DNA of 64,000 bases from Eledone cirrhosa (taxonomy: Eukaryota), in the NCBI GenBank assembly GCA_964016885.1, contig OZ024746.1, forward strand, positions 1,860,001 to 1,924,000. The letters run 5' to 3'. The notes beneath the pieces were generated by a model. That model was not told the DNA's origin. It ran no database searches and saw nothing but the letters and a program-made list of their open reading frames with translations. Positions 15,304 through 29,552 of this stretch are shown here, one piece after another. The position numbers and the translations under genes are program-made. The first letter of the stretch is position 1. The number at the start of each line of letters is the position of its first letter.

Positions 15304-15701
15304 CTCTCAGATCTCGAATAATCCCCTCCCCCGCTGCTTATTAATTTTTCAGATTTTTTCCAACCCCCTCACCCATTCTTATCCCACCCCGCCTATCACC
15401 CTATCCCACCCCCACTTATTAAATTTTGCTAATCTATCTCTAGCAAAATTTTATTTTAAGTAGTAGCATTCCTGCAACAATTTTCTTTAGACATTAAAAA
15501 ACATACATGGTAAATAAAAAGTACATTACTAGAAATCCCATTTGTTATAAAATAAATAGGATGGGTTGGGGTCTCAATATGTAAACTAAACGACTAATTC
15601 TAGTTTTTAAAAAGATCAACACAGGCAACCTAGAAAAATTACCAATTAATCTCCCTCCCCCCAATCTATTCCACCCCACCCCATTATTTGGGACCTGAGA
15701 G
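15304..15701. mobile_element. TA-flanked MITE, copy 2 (best preserved)
   Basis: TA|CTCTCAGATCTCGAATAA ... TTATTTGGGACCTGAGAG|TA; ~400 bp; non-coding. Confidence 0.82.
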
Positions 15702-15846
15702 TAGAAGAATAGGAATATTAAAATTAACTTTAATTTATTTTAAAAAAACATTTTTCTCTTATTTTGTTATGGATTATGAATTATTTTAAGGTTTTCTTTT
15801 CATTACTTTAAAATGTTTTACAATTTCATTACAAAATAATATGTAA

Positions 15847-15880
<34 letters not shown>

Positions 15881-16284
15881 TATACACACACACACAAATA
15901 TATATATATATATATTGTGCAGAGCCAGCATTCAATGATATTCACTTTGATTATTGAAAACAAAAAATTCAATAATACTTAATATAAAGTTATCAATAGT
16001 CATTTTTTTATTTATTAATATATATGTAAAAAAACAACCATATTCAGTAAATTGTCCAGAAGTAGTAGACCAATACCAAATCACTGCAAGTTTATAGATA
16101 TTTTCTGTCTTTTGATGAAACTGCAGTTTGCTGTTTGATATTGTCAATATATTTATAAAGAGCTTTAATGAAAGTATACAATATCAAATAACTCCAGTGC
16201 AAGTAATGGCTGACAAATTAATGGAACTTGCAATGCACCAAAACCTATAGAAATATTTATATAGGCATTTTATCGTCCACTTTC

Positions 16285-16327
<43 letters not shown>

Positions 16328-16549
16328 CATACATACACACACACACACATATATATAAAGATATATATAATTCAACATACAGTATTTCATGTTACGGTAT
16401 ACAAACAGGAAGATTGCTTTTATATCATGCAAATGTATAATAGAAAAATTTGTGAATGAGATATGCAATACTTTCAAAAGTTATAACACTGAGTTATATT
16501 GAAGAATTTCCTTTTCATATCATTTCTTTCCCCCCTTTTATCAAATAAT

Positions 16550-16972
16550 AACGAACAGTTCCTAGTTTAAGTGCAAGACCAGTGATTTGAGGGGAGGGGT
16601 TAGTTAATTAAATCAAGCCCATTATTTGACTGGTACTATGTTTTATCAACCCAGCCAAGATCTTAATTTAGAATGTAAAGAGCCAAAAGAAATAGTGCAA
16701 AGTTTTTGTCTGCTGCTCAAACGATTCTGCCATTCCACTGACCTTACATATAATAATAATGATTTCTGATTTAGGCACAAGGCCAGCAATGGGGGGGGGG
16801 GGGGGTCCGAGCTAATCGACCCCAGTACGTGACTGGTACTTTATTTTGTTGACTCTGTAAGGATGAAAGGCAAAGTTAACCTCGGCGGGATTTGAACTCA
16901 GTCCGTAAAGGGACGTAACTGTACTGCAAAGCATGGTGTCCGACCCTCTACCGATACTGCCAATCCACCACC
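16550..16972 (-). mobile_element. two tandem family B SINEs
   Basis: 16770-16972 closely matches the reverse complement of 1096-1280. 16550-16745 is an older copy (ACTGGTACT...TTTTATCAACCC). Confidence 0.7.
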
Positions 16973-18417
16973 CTTAATAATATGAATAATAATGATGAAA
17001 TGGATTCCATTTACTAGTTCATTTTTTTACAATATAGAAGGATTTTGTATTTACAAAACTTCACATTATTTTAAAAAGGCAATATCTGAAACTACCCTTT
17101 CACCTTTCGATAACTTTTATCATTCAAAATAACTTTCAGAACATGTTTTTCCTCTAAAGATAGATACATACTAAATCTAAATATATATGTATTTTTATTT
17201 TTTTTATTATAAAAAGGAAAAAAAAACAATATAAAGATAATCCAAAGAAAATAGAACAATATTTATGTAGTATATTAAATCTAGAGAAATATTGTCAGTT
17301 ATAAACTAATGCTACAACTAATTTATTTATCCAAGGTTTCATTACCAAAACCTCCAATAGTCATATTTGCATGTTTTAAACATTCTGAGGCACTTAAAGT
17401 ATCTATTATCTAGACACTAGGTTTCAAGTCTTTCATAAATTTTCAAAAAGCATTTTCAAACTGTAGTTCCAAACAGAAAAAAAATGTCAAAGAAAAAAAG
17501 ATATTGATTGCAACTCAAACCAAAACCTAATATTTAAAACTGAGTTTTCAATATTTAAAAAAAAAGAAAATTCTAAATTCTAAACTCTAAATTCTTTACT
17601 CAGTCCTTTTAACTGATAGCACAGTGTTAGACAACTGATAACGTTCAATATTGAATAAATGCTTCATCTACTCCTATATTACAACAAATAGGATCTTTAA
17701 AAATGTGTACTTTCATATTTCACATGTTATATCCATCGACAAGACTAGAGTGACTCAAAGGATTTTCAGGAAATTGTGATATTTTCTTCATTTTAATTTT
17801 AGATTCTATATTTGACTGATATTTTTCCCTTTTGTCAATTTCGATTGATGGCTGATGACAATCCAAACCAAAAACTTATAACTTACAATTGTTCAGGGTT
17901 GATGAGTATTAATATGAGGATTTTTACACAAATCTTAGAGAACTCTTCAAAATAGAGATATATTCACTTTCTCCTAAGTTGACAGATTAATAAAAAGCAA
18001 GTTTAAGTGTTGGGTTTCACCAATGAAATAATTAAGCAACTAAAATGTTAGAAAACATCCTAAAATGCTTGGTTAACAGATATATCGTGAATATCTACAA
18101 TGATAAAGGAGTAGACATGTGAGTATTTTTGTGTTGTGTCCACCACAATGATGAAGTCCCAGGGTTGATCTCACTGCATCACATAGCTTTGGATCATCTC
18201 AAACCTTGTGGAATCTTACCAGATGGACAGTACCTGTAATACAACCTTCTTCCTCACTCTATCACATTGATATTGCCTGAGAATTATGGTAAAGGTACAC
18301 ATGTCTGTGGGATACTCAGCCACTTATACTATAAGTTAATGAATTGCGCAGTTCCATTGAACCACTGGAATACTCATTGACGAAACTGACAAAACATTTA
18401 GTTTCTCTTTACATTTG

Positions 18418-18828
18418 TTGATATATAAATACACTGTCAATATCACTGTTGATATATCACTGGATATATCACTGGATATATAAACAGACTGTCAATATCA
18501 CTGTTGATATATCACTGGATATATCACTGGATATATAAACAGACTGTCAATATCACTGTTGATATATCACTGGATATATCAGTTGATATATAAACAGACT
18601 GTCAATATCACTGTTGATATATCACTGGATATATCACTGGATATATAAACAGACTGTCAATATCACTGTTGATATATCACTGGATATATCACTGGATATA
18701 TAAACAGACTGTCAATATCACTGTGGATATATCAGTTGATATATAAACAGACTGTCAATATCACTGTGGATATCTCACTGTTGGTATATAAACAGACTGT
18801 CAATATCACCATGGATATATCACTGTGA
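18418..18828. repeat. 55-bp minisatellite built from GATATATCACTG subunits (~7-8 units)
   Basis: TAAACAGACT recurs at 18481, 18536 and 18591. Confidence 0.9.
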
Positions 18829-19208
18829 ATTTATAAGTTTCAAAATATATAAATTCTTCTGATGTTTTGTATCGAAATATTTTTAACTGAGAATATTATT
18901 GTGAGATGATTTCTAATGGAAATGTATGAATATACACAGAGAAAAGAAAGTTTCAATCTGAACATTTAATTATACATATTAGAACTTCTTTAGAGTATTA
19001 AAATGTTTAATCAGATTAGGCAACAAATTAAATGCACTTTGTGAGTTCATAGATTGTGCATGTGCATTTTCAGCAAAAATATATTTTTTCTTTTTCCAGC
19101 TAAAAATGAAAACACAAAATATTTAAAAGATTTTGTTCTTTAAAACAAAAACAAAAAAATAAACTTTAGTAATTATTTTTATGAGGAATGTATTTTTATT
19201 CCTTTTTG

Positions 19209-19266
<58 letters not shown>

Positions 19267-21241
19267 TGTATGTATTTATATAATTTTTCTGTTATCTCTC
19301 TCCAGTCTCTTAAATATCTGTACTATAATTCCTAAATTATCATTCAAATGTTTTACAAGAGGCTCTTTAGAAAGACAATAACTATTCATGGAAGACTACA
19401 GAGTAATTCATTTAGTAACAAGTCCATCACAATATATTTTGTTTTGTAAAATTAAGACAATTGTCTCCATACATATACCACAATATAATTATATTTTATA
19501 TATATATATATATATTCCTGATTTCAAGTAATAATCAAAGAAATAAAATTGAAAATATTACTCATCAATTTGAACAGTAAAAAATAAATCATTCATATTT
19601 TTGTTTTCTAAAAAGTTATTCAAATAATCACAAAGTTTGCTATGAGGCAAAAATCATAAACATTCTTGAAAACAAAAGAATTTTTGTTTTTTCATTATAT
19701 AAGTAGTTTCGAAAAGCTTTTTTCTATCTTTAAAAAAAAAAAAAATTCAGAGATATCAACTTTACAGATATCAGTCTGCCTTTCGTTTTAAAATTTCATT
19801 TATTCTATAAATATCATTAAATTTGTTTAATTTTTTAGTTATTTGGAGAATCCCTAACAACGTAGTAGTATTTCCTGGAATATTTACATGCTCAAAAGAT
19901 TGTGTTTCATGAATAAGTTATTACTGAAATATTTAAATATAGGAATTATTACCAAAATACTTCAGTGAGCTGCTAATAATAATTTTACCCAGTGAAACCC
20001 ATTGAAAGAATATACTGATGTGGGGTGTATTTGTTTATGTCAATATATATATATATAGGATATACTGGAATATAATTCTGTGTGAGTAGAGAGAGAATGA
20101 GATTATATATTTGGGATATAGTTGTATGTGTGTGTAGAGAGAAAGAGAATATTATATATCTGGGATATAGTTGTATATGTGTGTGTAGAGAGAGAATGAT
20201 ATATATTTGGGCTATAGTTGTATATGTGTGTATGTGTTGTAATTGGTCTTAAAACAGTAAAAAGCCAGTCAAATCAATGACCAGTTAACCATGAGTTCGA
20301 TATGTTCAAAAATGTTTGCTTTAAAATTGGAATTGAGGAAATGGAAATGCCTGTAAATGTGTTTCATCTTACAATCCTTACAAAAACATTCTTAAAAAAT
20401 GAGATTCAATTCTCTCATTTTGTGTTATTTGTTTTTCTTTTTTTTTAAATTCTTTTCTTTTTATAATTTCGTTTTTGTTTTGTTGATTTATATTTTTTCT
20501 CCTTTGGAAGATTAAAACAACCCAATATTAAACAATAAAAAAGGGGAGGGAATATTATTTTTTTTGGACATAAATATTTTGTGTAGATCAATAAATAGAA
20601 GTTGGAGCCATATTTAAGATAAAAATGATTCTATAGAAAGGGAAGAGACATTTTTTTTTCATCATTATTATTTTTAAATATTTCCCTAATTTGTAATTCC
20701 TGTAGCATCATATTTCATGTAACACAAACATTTTCCCTAACATTACAATATTTGTTAGCTTTTTTTAGATACTAAGTAATTTTTCTTCCTATAAAAAATT
20801 TGCAATTTGAAGAATTAAAACACTATTTCTTAACACTGAGCAAAAATAATAAAAAAATGAATAGATAAATAGAACAAAATTTATATTTCAACTAAGTAAT
20901 AAAATGAAGCACCACTTATACATTAGAAATATTCAAATGTAATCTTATAAATTAAGTATGTTAAAAATAAATCAAAGTTATCATTTTTAAATGTATAAAT
21001 TGAGAAAAAAATTGTAATCCTTTTTTTCATTATCATCATCATCATCAACCTTACTCCATGATTTTTTATTTTTCCACAGCTGCAGAATCTCTCACTGACT
21101 GAGATAAGACAACATAATTAAAATGTTTGTAAGGCCTTGTTAGATCCAGAGCACAACCAATGAGAAAACAGCAACATTGGGATGCTATAGCATGTTATGG
21201 ATGCTGTAAACTTTTAAAAGTCTTATTACACAGGCATTGGT

Positions 21242-21412
21242 TTATTTGCTGTGTTTAGTATTCTGCTCAGCAGCACGGACTTCCTTCATTCGTCGTTCAA
21301 CTGCTTTCTTCATCATGTGATATTTATACTGGAGTTGTTGAATATGTTCAGTTTCTTCTCGATCCAATACTTTCACAAAATTATTTAGCTCAGGATGACT
21401 GAAATTTGACCA
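21242..21412 (-). CDS. RASSF1: RASSF1/5-like protein, last coding exon (SARAH domain)
   Basis: ttttccag|TGG acceptor, phase 0. Encodes WSNFSHPELNNFVKVLDREETEHIQQLQYKYHMMKKAVERRMKE...K*, matching the SARAH pattern WxxFSxPELxNFLxxLxREE. Confidence 0.93.
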   Translation of the reverse strand, partial: WSNFSHPELNNFVKVLDREETEHIQQLQYKYHMMKKAVERRMKEVRAAEQNTKHSK

Positions 21413-21721
21413 CTGGAAAAGAAAGCGAAATAGAAAATAAGTAATAAAACCAAAAGATGTTTGATTCAATATTTGGTTTAAAACAACATAACTAAAGAAT
21501 GGGATCATTCTGTTTGTTGATTTTTACAAAGTAATATAGGTGTAAATTATTGACAATAGCATGACAACTTTCTGTACCCAGGAACACAGAAATATAATTT
21601 CCAGTGTAATGAAGTAGAGTAACTAAGAAAGTCTATTTATTGGTTCAAACCACTTAACATATCATAGTCTTCCCATGTGGAAAGTGAAACATATTTATGA
21701 TATATAATATATTGATTTTCA

Positions 21722-22054
21722 CCCTACATCAGTTCAAATAATGGGAAGGGGGAAATCAGTAGTTTTTCTAGGTTGTCTCTGTTGAATTTTTAAAAAACAG
21801 AATTAGTCATTTAGTTTACATAAACATCCTGTTTATTTTGTAACATATGGGATTACTTGTAATGTACTTTTTTGATATGTTTAATGTCTTTTAATGTATA
21901 AAGAAAATTAATTGACGCAGGAATGTTACCACTTAAAATAAAATTTCACCACAGATAGATTAGCAAAATAAGCAGGGGTGAGGGTGGAAAAAAATCTGAC
22001 AAATTAATAAGCAGGTGGGGGTGGGGCTGATGCTGATACTTCAAGACCCAGGGG
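21722..22054. mobile_element. TA-MITE copy 3 (inverted, more decayed)
   Basis: Reverse-complement similarity to 390-754 and 15304-15701 (TTTTTCTAGGTTGTCTCTGTTGA, AGAATTAGTCATTTAGTTTACATA). Confidence 0.7.
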
Positions 22055-22885
22055 TATGTTTTATGGGGTCATTTGTAAAGTAATAACTCTCATTACAGCT
22101 GATTGCTGGGATTGATTCTTCCTCTAAATCTTTCTCACTTCCTCTCTATCTCACATTCTCCGTCTTTGGGAGAAATCAGCTATGTTCAGAAGTGAAGAAG
22201 GGACCAGATTTGCCAGGTTTAAAATACCCAGTGCCCCTATGACAACCATGAGTTACTGGTTCATACATATAAATGAAAAAACCTGCTAAAAACACAAAAC
22301 TAAGGGTTGTCTAAAACACTAAAGTTGACTCAGAAGAACCCAAACATTTTCAAATCCAACTCAAAGATCTAATAAATGTTACTTTGAACTGAAGTTTTCT
22401 TTACAGTAGTTTACAACCTATGAGATATTTGACTTCAGTTTAGTTCTCATAAACCAAAGTGTAACCGGTCTCACAGGATAGTTCAAAAATTTGAAAACAA
22501 TGTATTGTTAAGCCATGTTAGATTATTCAGTATAATACAGATTAACTATGACGCTAAAATAGTCACAATTGTGCAAATACTACTGTCTGGGAAATAGAGA
22601 GATATATAATACACACTTTTGAAAAATATCTTGTTGAATTTACTTCCTTGGCCTCATTTCTTTTCTTTTATAACATTAACTTGTTGGCTACCACCAACCA
22701 AGGACACTTTTCTCAGATAATACATTCTTATTAACAAACAAACTTCAGGTGGTAAAGGAGTTTGCTTTGAAACCATGTGGTTTTGTGTTCAGCACCATTG
22801 TGCAGCACTGTGTGCAGTATAAACCTAGTAGTGAGAGTCACTACTGGGTTTATACTGCACACAGGTGGAAATGTCAGAACTATTA

Positions 22886-23293
22886 ATAGAGTTTGGTGAG
22901 GTATCAAGGAGGGTGAGGGAGGTGATAGAGTTTGGTGAGGTATCAAGGAGGGTGAGGGAGGTGATAGAGTTTGGTGAGGTATCAAGGAGGGTGAGGGAGG
23001 TGATAGAGTTTGGTGAGATATCAAGGAGGGTGAGGGAGGTGATAGAGTTTGGTGAGGTATCAAGGAGGGTGAGGGAGGTGATAGAGTTTGTAGAGATATC
23101 AAGGAGGGTGAGGGAGGTGATAGAGTTTGGTGAGATATCAAGGAGGGTGAGGGAGGTGATAGAGTTTGGTGAGGTATCAAGGAGGGTGAGGGAGGTGATA
23201 GAGTTTGTAGAGATATCAAGGAGGGTGAGGGAGGTGATAGAGTTTGGTGAGGTATCAAGGAGGGTGAGGGAGGTGATAGAGTTTGGTGAGATA
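22886..23293. repeat. 39-bp purine-rich minisatellite (~10 copies)
   Basis: Unit GATAGAGTTTGGTGAGGTATCAAGGAGGGTGAGGGAGGT. Confidence 0.95.
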
Positions 23294-23920
23294 AATTAAA
23301 AATGAATGGAAAGTGTTGACCTAAGACATGAAGGCAGTGAATTGCTCCCTAGAGAGTGAAGTGGTACTGGAGAATTCATGGAGAGAGGACAACACAACTA
23401 AGACTTATTTTGTTTCTCATCACATTGACTGTTGCCTTCCTACAACTACTTCCATTTATCACCTCCTCCTCCTCCTTTCTCTCTAACTACCCACAATTTA
23501 GCACCATTAGTAAACATTTCACCTCCGTCCCACAAAGGCCCCTGCCCAAAATAATAGACTTTTCTTCTTCTTAGTAAAATAATTTATTTCACTTGTTCTA
23601 AATGTATTAGTTTTTTTTTAGTTTTGCCCCTCTCAGTTTCTTCAAGTTCAAATCCTGTCTCTCATCTTCCCAGGAACAGTAAAATAACTAATACGAACAT
23701 AAGAATGTATTCAATTAACTATATCCCACTCTAACTACAAAAATCAATAAATAACATATGAAAGAACATGTACAATAAATTCCACAAACAATATAAAACT
23801 ACTTTCATTTGCAGAACTAAATAGCGAACAGCTTTTAGATTGGTGAATAAAGACACAGAAATATTGAGGTTTATTCATGAAGCAATTTGTCTGTAAAATA
23901 TCTAAGAAAAGAAAACTTAC

Positions 23921-24042
23921 TTCAATATCTCCTGAAGCTTCATTCTCTTGAAGAACTAAACGATAAGACTCCAGTTTATTTGTTTCCCAGCCAAGACATA
24001 CCTGAAGAGGAAATTCCTCTGGCATAACTCGCCGCAGTTTCA
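23921..24042 (-). CDS. RASSF1: RASSF1/5-like exon (end of RA domain)
   Basis: aatttcag|TG acceptor (phase 1) and GAA|gtaagt donor (phase 0). Encodes (V)KLRRVMPEEFPLQVCLGWETNKLESYRLVLQENEASGDIE. Confidence 0.92.
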
Positions 24043-24902
24043 CTGAAATTATAAAATAGTTATAATTGGTTTGTTAATTTAAGTCGGTGGAAAGGTAGAT
24101 GAAGTATGAAATTATTGAACAATATTGTCTGTAAAATCAAGCAAATATCTTGTGCCATTTGTTTAGGCTTACTGTGTCCTCAGTTGAATTCCCTTTTTGG
24201 GAGTTGATGAGATAAAGTCCAAAGTGTGGGGGGTCGTTAGAGTATTAGATAAGATGCCTTGTGGTATTAGTTCTGGTTGTGTTCTGAGTGATAGACGAAA
24301 CCTGTTGCTCAGTTTAACTCAAGATATTTCAACCCATGCTCCAATTGTTCTACCAATTTGCTGCTATAGAAAGCAAACTTTCAAAATGAGGCTACTATCA
24401 GCAGATAGGTGGCCAGTAACATAGAATAAATAATAAAGCACCAACAAACTGGGTTTATAACAGATTCAGTTCCGTATTATTGCTACTTCACTAACCATGT
24501 TCTTAGTTATAGAATGAATATCTCAATTTTGTAAACTATAGAATCAACAGGTCTGATGACCAATTGGTGAATATATCTGATTATAAAAGGTGAAGTAATT
24601 GATTCCATCATACTAGTGTTTGGTAACATAAAACAAAAGAGATAATTATGTTGGTATGAATGAGCAATATGAGGTTAGAAAGTATCACAAGATGAGGTTA
24701 CACTGTACAGGGGAGATAAGATCTGTAAAGTGAGGTCACATAGAGCAGATACAGAATCAGCAGCAGAGGAATTTCTATTGATAAAACTGTCATAAACCTA
24801 AATGGTAATGGGAGTCTAACAAATCAAAGCACAAATTGAAAACTGAGATAGTAATTGGAGTTTTTACATATTGTTTTATCAACTTAAATTCACAGTATTT
24901 AA

Positions 24903-25133
24903 CCTTTGTTACCAACCCAGCCAACACCAGCTCTGGTTCTATAAAATAAAGTCACCCATTTTAAAGGTTTCTAATTTAAATTAAAATCTTTCAACTTAAT
25001 TTTATATAAGAACCTAACATAAAGTTACTATCTTAGTAATGAAATAATTAATAATTTTAGTAAACCCCTCCCAAATTCTTCATTAATTAATTGAAGTAGA
25101 GTATATTTCACTAGAAATACTGTCATGGAAGGG
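24903..25133. mobile_element. TTAA-flanked piggyBac-type MITE (family P1), uninterrupted copy
   Basis: TTAA|CCTTTGTTACC ... CATGGAAGGG|TTAA. Related copies at ~30757-30990, 40697-41389 and ~48257-48396. Confidence 0.75.
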
Positions 25134-25300
25134 TTAAAAAAAGACGTCTTATCACCCAGTGACTCCAGGATACAATACTGGTAATGTGTCCAAGGACTTG
25201 CATCCCTGAATTTGTTAAGAACACAAAAGTGAAGTGTTGGATATTTTTAAATTTCACTTTTAAAACAAGAAATAAAGTAAATTTTTTTTTAAATCCTCAC

Positions 25301-25410
25301 CAAGTTTCTTGTTTTTGAATTCCTGTTCATACATAGCAAACTTCCGAGGATTATCAAGAATCTTGAATTTTTTCAACAAAGCTGCAATCACTTCTTTGGT
25401 TGTAGTCTCA
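25301..25410 (-). CDS. RASSF1: RASSF1/5-like exon (RA domain)
   Basis: tttcag|T acceptor (phase 2) and G|gtgagg donor (phase 1). Encodes (S)ETTTKEVIAALLKKFKILDNPRKFAMYEQEFKNKKL, comparable to the RASSF EVIxALLxKFxVVDxPxKFALF motif. Confidence 0.93.
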
Positions 25411-25439
25411 CTGAAATAAAAAAAACAAAAAGATATTAT

Positions 25440-27183
25440 ATGTGTACTATTAGTTCAATGCCATAATATATGTACTATTAGTTTAATGCCATAATATATC
25501 CTATGTACTATTAGTTCAATGCCATAATATATGTACTATTAGTTTAATGCCATAATATATCCTATGTACTATTAGTTTAATGTCATAATATATCCTATGT
25601 ACTATTAGTTTAATGTCATAATATATCCTATGTACTATTAGTTTAATGTCATAATATATCCTATGTACTATTAGTTTAATGTCATAATATATCCTATGTA
25701 CTATTAGTTTAATGTCATAATATATCCTATGTACTGTTAGTTTAATGTCATATCCTATGTACTGTTAGTTTAATGTCATATGCTATGTACTATTAGTTTA
25801 ATGTCATATGCTATGTACTATTAGTTTAATGTCATATGCTATGTACTATTAGTTTAATGTCATATGCTATGTACTATTAGTTTAATGTCATATGCTATGT
25901 ACTATTAGTTTAATGGCATATGCTATGTACTATTAGTTTAATGTCATATCCTATGTACTGTTAGTTTAATGTCATATTCTATGTACTATTAGTTTAATGT
26001 CATATGCTATGTACTATTAGTTTAATGTCATATGCTATGTACTATTAGTTTAATGTCATGCTATGTACTATTAGTTTAATGTCATATGCTATGTACTATT
26101 AGTTTAATGTCATATGCTATGTACTATTAGTTTAATGTCATATGCTATGTACTATTAGTTTAATGTCATGCTATGTACTATTAGTTTAATGTCATATCCT
26201 ATGTACTATTAGTTTAATGTCATATGCTATGTACTATTAGTTTAATGTCATGCTATGTACTATTAGTTTAATGTCATATGCTATGTACTATTAGTTTAAT
26301 GTCATGCTATGTACTATTAGTTTAATGGCATATGCTATGTACTATTAGTTTAATGTCATATGCTATGTACTATTAGTTTAATGTCATGCTATGTACTATT
26401 AGTTTAATGGCATATGCTATGTACTATTAGTTTAATGTCATATGCTATGTACTATTAGTTTAATGTCATGCTATGTACTATTAGTTTAATGGCATATGCT
26501 ATGTACTATTAGTTTAATGTCATATGCTATGTACTATTAGTTTAATGTCATATGCTATGTACTATTAGTTTAATGTCATGCTATGTACTATTAGTTTAAT
26601 GGCATATGCTATGTACTATTAGTTTAATGTCATATGCTATGTACTATTAGTTTAATGTCATGCTATGTACTATTAGTTTAATGGCATATGCTATGTACTA
26701 TTAGTTTAATGTCATATGCTATGTACTATTAGTTTAATGTCATGCTATGTACTATTAGTTTAATGGCATATGCTATGTACTATTAGTTTAATGTCATATG
26801 CTATGTACTATTAGTTTAATGTCATATGCTATGTACTATTAGTTTAATGTCATATGCTATGTACTATTAGTTTAATGTCATGCTATGTACTATTAGTTTA
26901 ATGTCATATGCTATGTACTATTAGTTTAATGTCATATGCTATGTACTATTAGTTTAATGTCATATGCTATGTACTATTAGTTTAATGTCATATGCTATGT
27001 ACTATTAGTTTAATGTCATATGCTATGTACTATTAGTTTAATGTCATATGTTATGTACTATTAGTTTAATGTCATATGTTATGTACTATTAGTTTAATGT
27101 CATATGCTATGTACTATTAGTTTAATGTCATATGTTATGTACTATTAGTTTAATGTCATATGCTATGTACTGTTAGTTTAATG
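25440..27183. repeat. 26/28/33-bp intronic minisatellite (~60 copies)
   Basis: Core unit ATGTACTATTAGTTTAATGTCATATGCT; fills most of intron 25411-27375. Confidence 0.96.
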
Positions 27184-27375
27184 TAAAATATATGATTTAT
27201 AAGGAATATTTTCTTTTACAATTTACATTAATTTCAAACTATTTACTTTTTGAAAATTGACCGTTCCTGTTGATTTATACCAAATTTACCGTTCCTGTTG
27301 ATTTATACCAAATTTAGGCAAACATTAGAGAAAAAAATGTTTAAATGTTTTAAAATTACATTAAACTAAACTTAC

Positions 27376-27569
27376 CTATCCACATGAATAGATTTAACAG
27401 TATCTCGGGGCATGTAGAATGAAATAGATTGGGTATTTTGCTCCACAATGTGTTCCCGAGTAAGTACTTCATATATGGAAGGTGGCCGAGCACCCAGAGA
27501 CATAGTGATTGGTCGAATCAAGTTCAAAGTTACTTTGATGAAACCTTGGAATGTTTCTCCATCTGACTC
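27376..27569 (-). CDS. RASSF1: RASSF1/5-like exon (start of RA domain)
   Basis: tttacag|GAG acceptor (phase 0) and AG|gtaagt donor (phase 2). Encodes ESDGETFQGFIKVTLNLIRPITMSLGARPPSIYEVL...SFYMPRDTVKSIHVD, comparable to RASSF1 YTGFIKVQLKLVRPV...SFYLPKDAVKHLHV. Confidence 0.94.
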
Positions 27570-28984
27570 CTGTAAAATTCAACAAGACGATATTTTTCAA
27601 ATAATTAAATTGTTTGTTTGAATATAGATTACCTTAAAATGAACACGTGTAAATTAGTCCAATTTTTACCCCATACTATAATCGTTATAATCTGATCACA
27701 TTTCATTGATAATTTTCAGAAGTGAATAAAAATGTTTGATTTTCTTCTTTACAATATTCCCTTCGCTGTGGAGTGTTGAACTAATACTACTTTAAAAGAA
27801 AAGGGGTAGAAACACAGCTGAAATATAACAGAGTCTAATTAGTAAGGACCAATTGAGAAATGATAAACAGAGTCTAATTAGTAAGGACCAATTGAGAGAT
27901 GATAAACAGAAAACATTCAAAGAATTGATTGAGTCTTCAAATTAGGGCAACTTTTTTATGGCCTTTTTTGAAGTTTTAAAGTAGAAATATATATTTTCTT
28001 CATTAGTTACTTTTACTCAGTATGGAGGATTAGGTTAAGGATCTGTTCAAATATATATTAATTTTTTTAATTATTTTCAAAATTAATTGAAATAGATAGG
28101 CATTGCATTTTGTAAGTGAAGAGATAATTTATTGCTGTTATAAATGGTGGCTTAGAGTGACGCCAGCAAAGATATCCTTTACTCTACCATAACATACAGA
28201 ACTCATTCCACTCTGCTTTGAAAATTGGCTTTATTTTTAGATTAACTTTTCTGGATGTATTCCACATTAGATCTGAGAAAAATTTAATGAACTTGTTCCT
28301 AATCTAAAAGTAACCAAAGTACAGATAGACCAAGAAAAACATAAGTTGAGAGTGACTGAAAAATTTCTAAATTAAAGGAAAAAAATAAGATTAAATAAAA
28401 TTCACTTCAAATAGAATAATTTTGGAACTCTTCTAATTCCTAATATAAGGATAATGGAGAGAATAACAAATGACAAGAATAAACAAAAAAGTAATTAATC
28501 ACTGCTCAAGAAGAAATGGTGATATTTAATAATTATTGAAGAATACTAACACTACGTCAACATTGAATAAAGGATGTTGTTGGTATCTAATATCCCAACT
28601 GATATATTATCCACTGAAAGGACTCAAAGATTCAAATTCTTGACTATATTATTACTCCTAATTTATGTTTAACATGGATTCTTAGAATTGGAAAACTTAT
28701 AAGCAAATAAACAAAACAAAAATTTAAAAAAGTACAGTAACATTCTTGCAGACACTAATAACTTGTACAATTCTTATCCACTGAATACGTCTCAATTCCT
28801 GGCAGATATATTTCAAACAGTTGAAGTTGCCACACCACAAATTCCATACAGAACTCAAGTATGTATACCACCCAAACAATTCTAGATTAACCATTCATAT
28901 TTCATGCTAATGCACATATCTCTCATCTATTCTTATTTCATATGAAATATAGCTATAACAGAAACTGACTAGATGAATAAATCC

Positions 28985-29310
28985 CTTCTTTTTCATCCAC
29001 TTGTTCTTGGAAGGGTTGTGGGGGCAGGATCCTCAAAGCACTCCTTCCGGTGGGTCCTTTCAAATTGATCCAGCTGGATCCCCATGTAGACCAGCCGAGC
29101 TCATGAATGTTATCCAACCATCTTGCTCAGAGTCTACTCCTGGATCTCTTGCTGGTTGGTTTTGCCAGTGATTCTTTCCTAAGATGTTGTAACCATATGT
29201 CTGTAATATTGGAGCTGTGATCTCTCAATTCAGAGAAGTAGAGGATCCAGTCCGTAACTCATTCCAACAGCTTTGTGAGTATCCGCTCGCACCGTGTGCA
29301 GTCATTTCCA
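28985..29310 (-). mobile_element. old RTE-like LINE 3' fragment (a different family from the (GAT)n-tailed copies)
   Basis: Decayed IERSQLQYYRH...KPTSKRSRSR..RWLDNIHELGW, resembling RTE ORF2 C-termini. Confidence 0.55.
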
Positions 29311-29552
29311 AAAAGAGTTTGGAAGGGAACAAATCAAAACCATTAGAACCTAGAACAACCTAACCCTAACCCTTACAGGTAAGGAGCAGAAACTAATGGA
29401 GGAAGCTAGATGCTACAAGTTAGCTATAAATAAATCCCTATTCAAATAAATGTTCTGTAAGATGCTTTATTTTTAAAATCTTTGAATGTAGTTTAATTTC
29501 TCTAAAAGAAAATGATAAAATCATTATGCAATATCTGTTACTTGCCAAACTT

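Noticed and set aside
15200-21241. Extent of the RASSF 3' UTR and poly(A) site
   Set aside because: Many AATAAA hexamers in very AT-rich sequence; none can be singled out.
22731-23299. 175/144-aa repeat ORFs
   Set aside because: 39-bp minisatellite inside the last intron, without splice signals.
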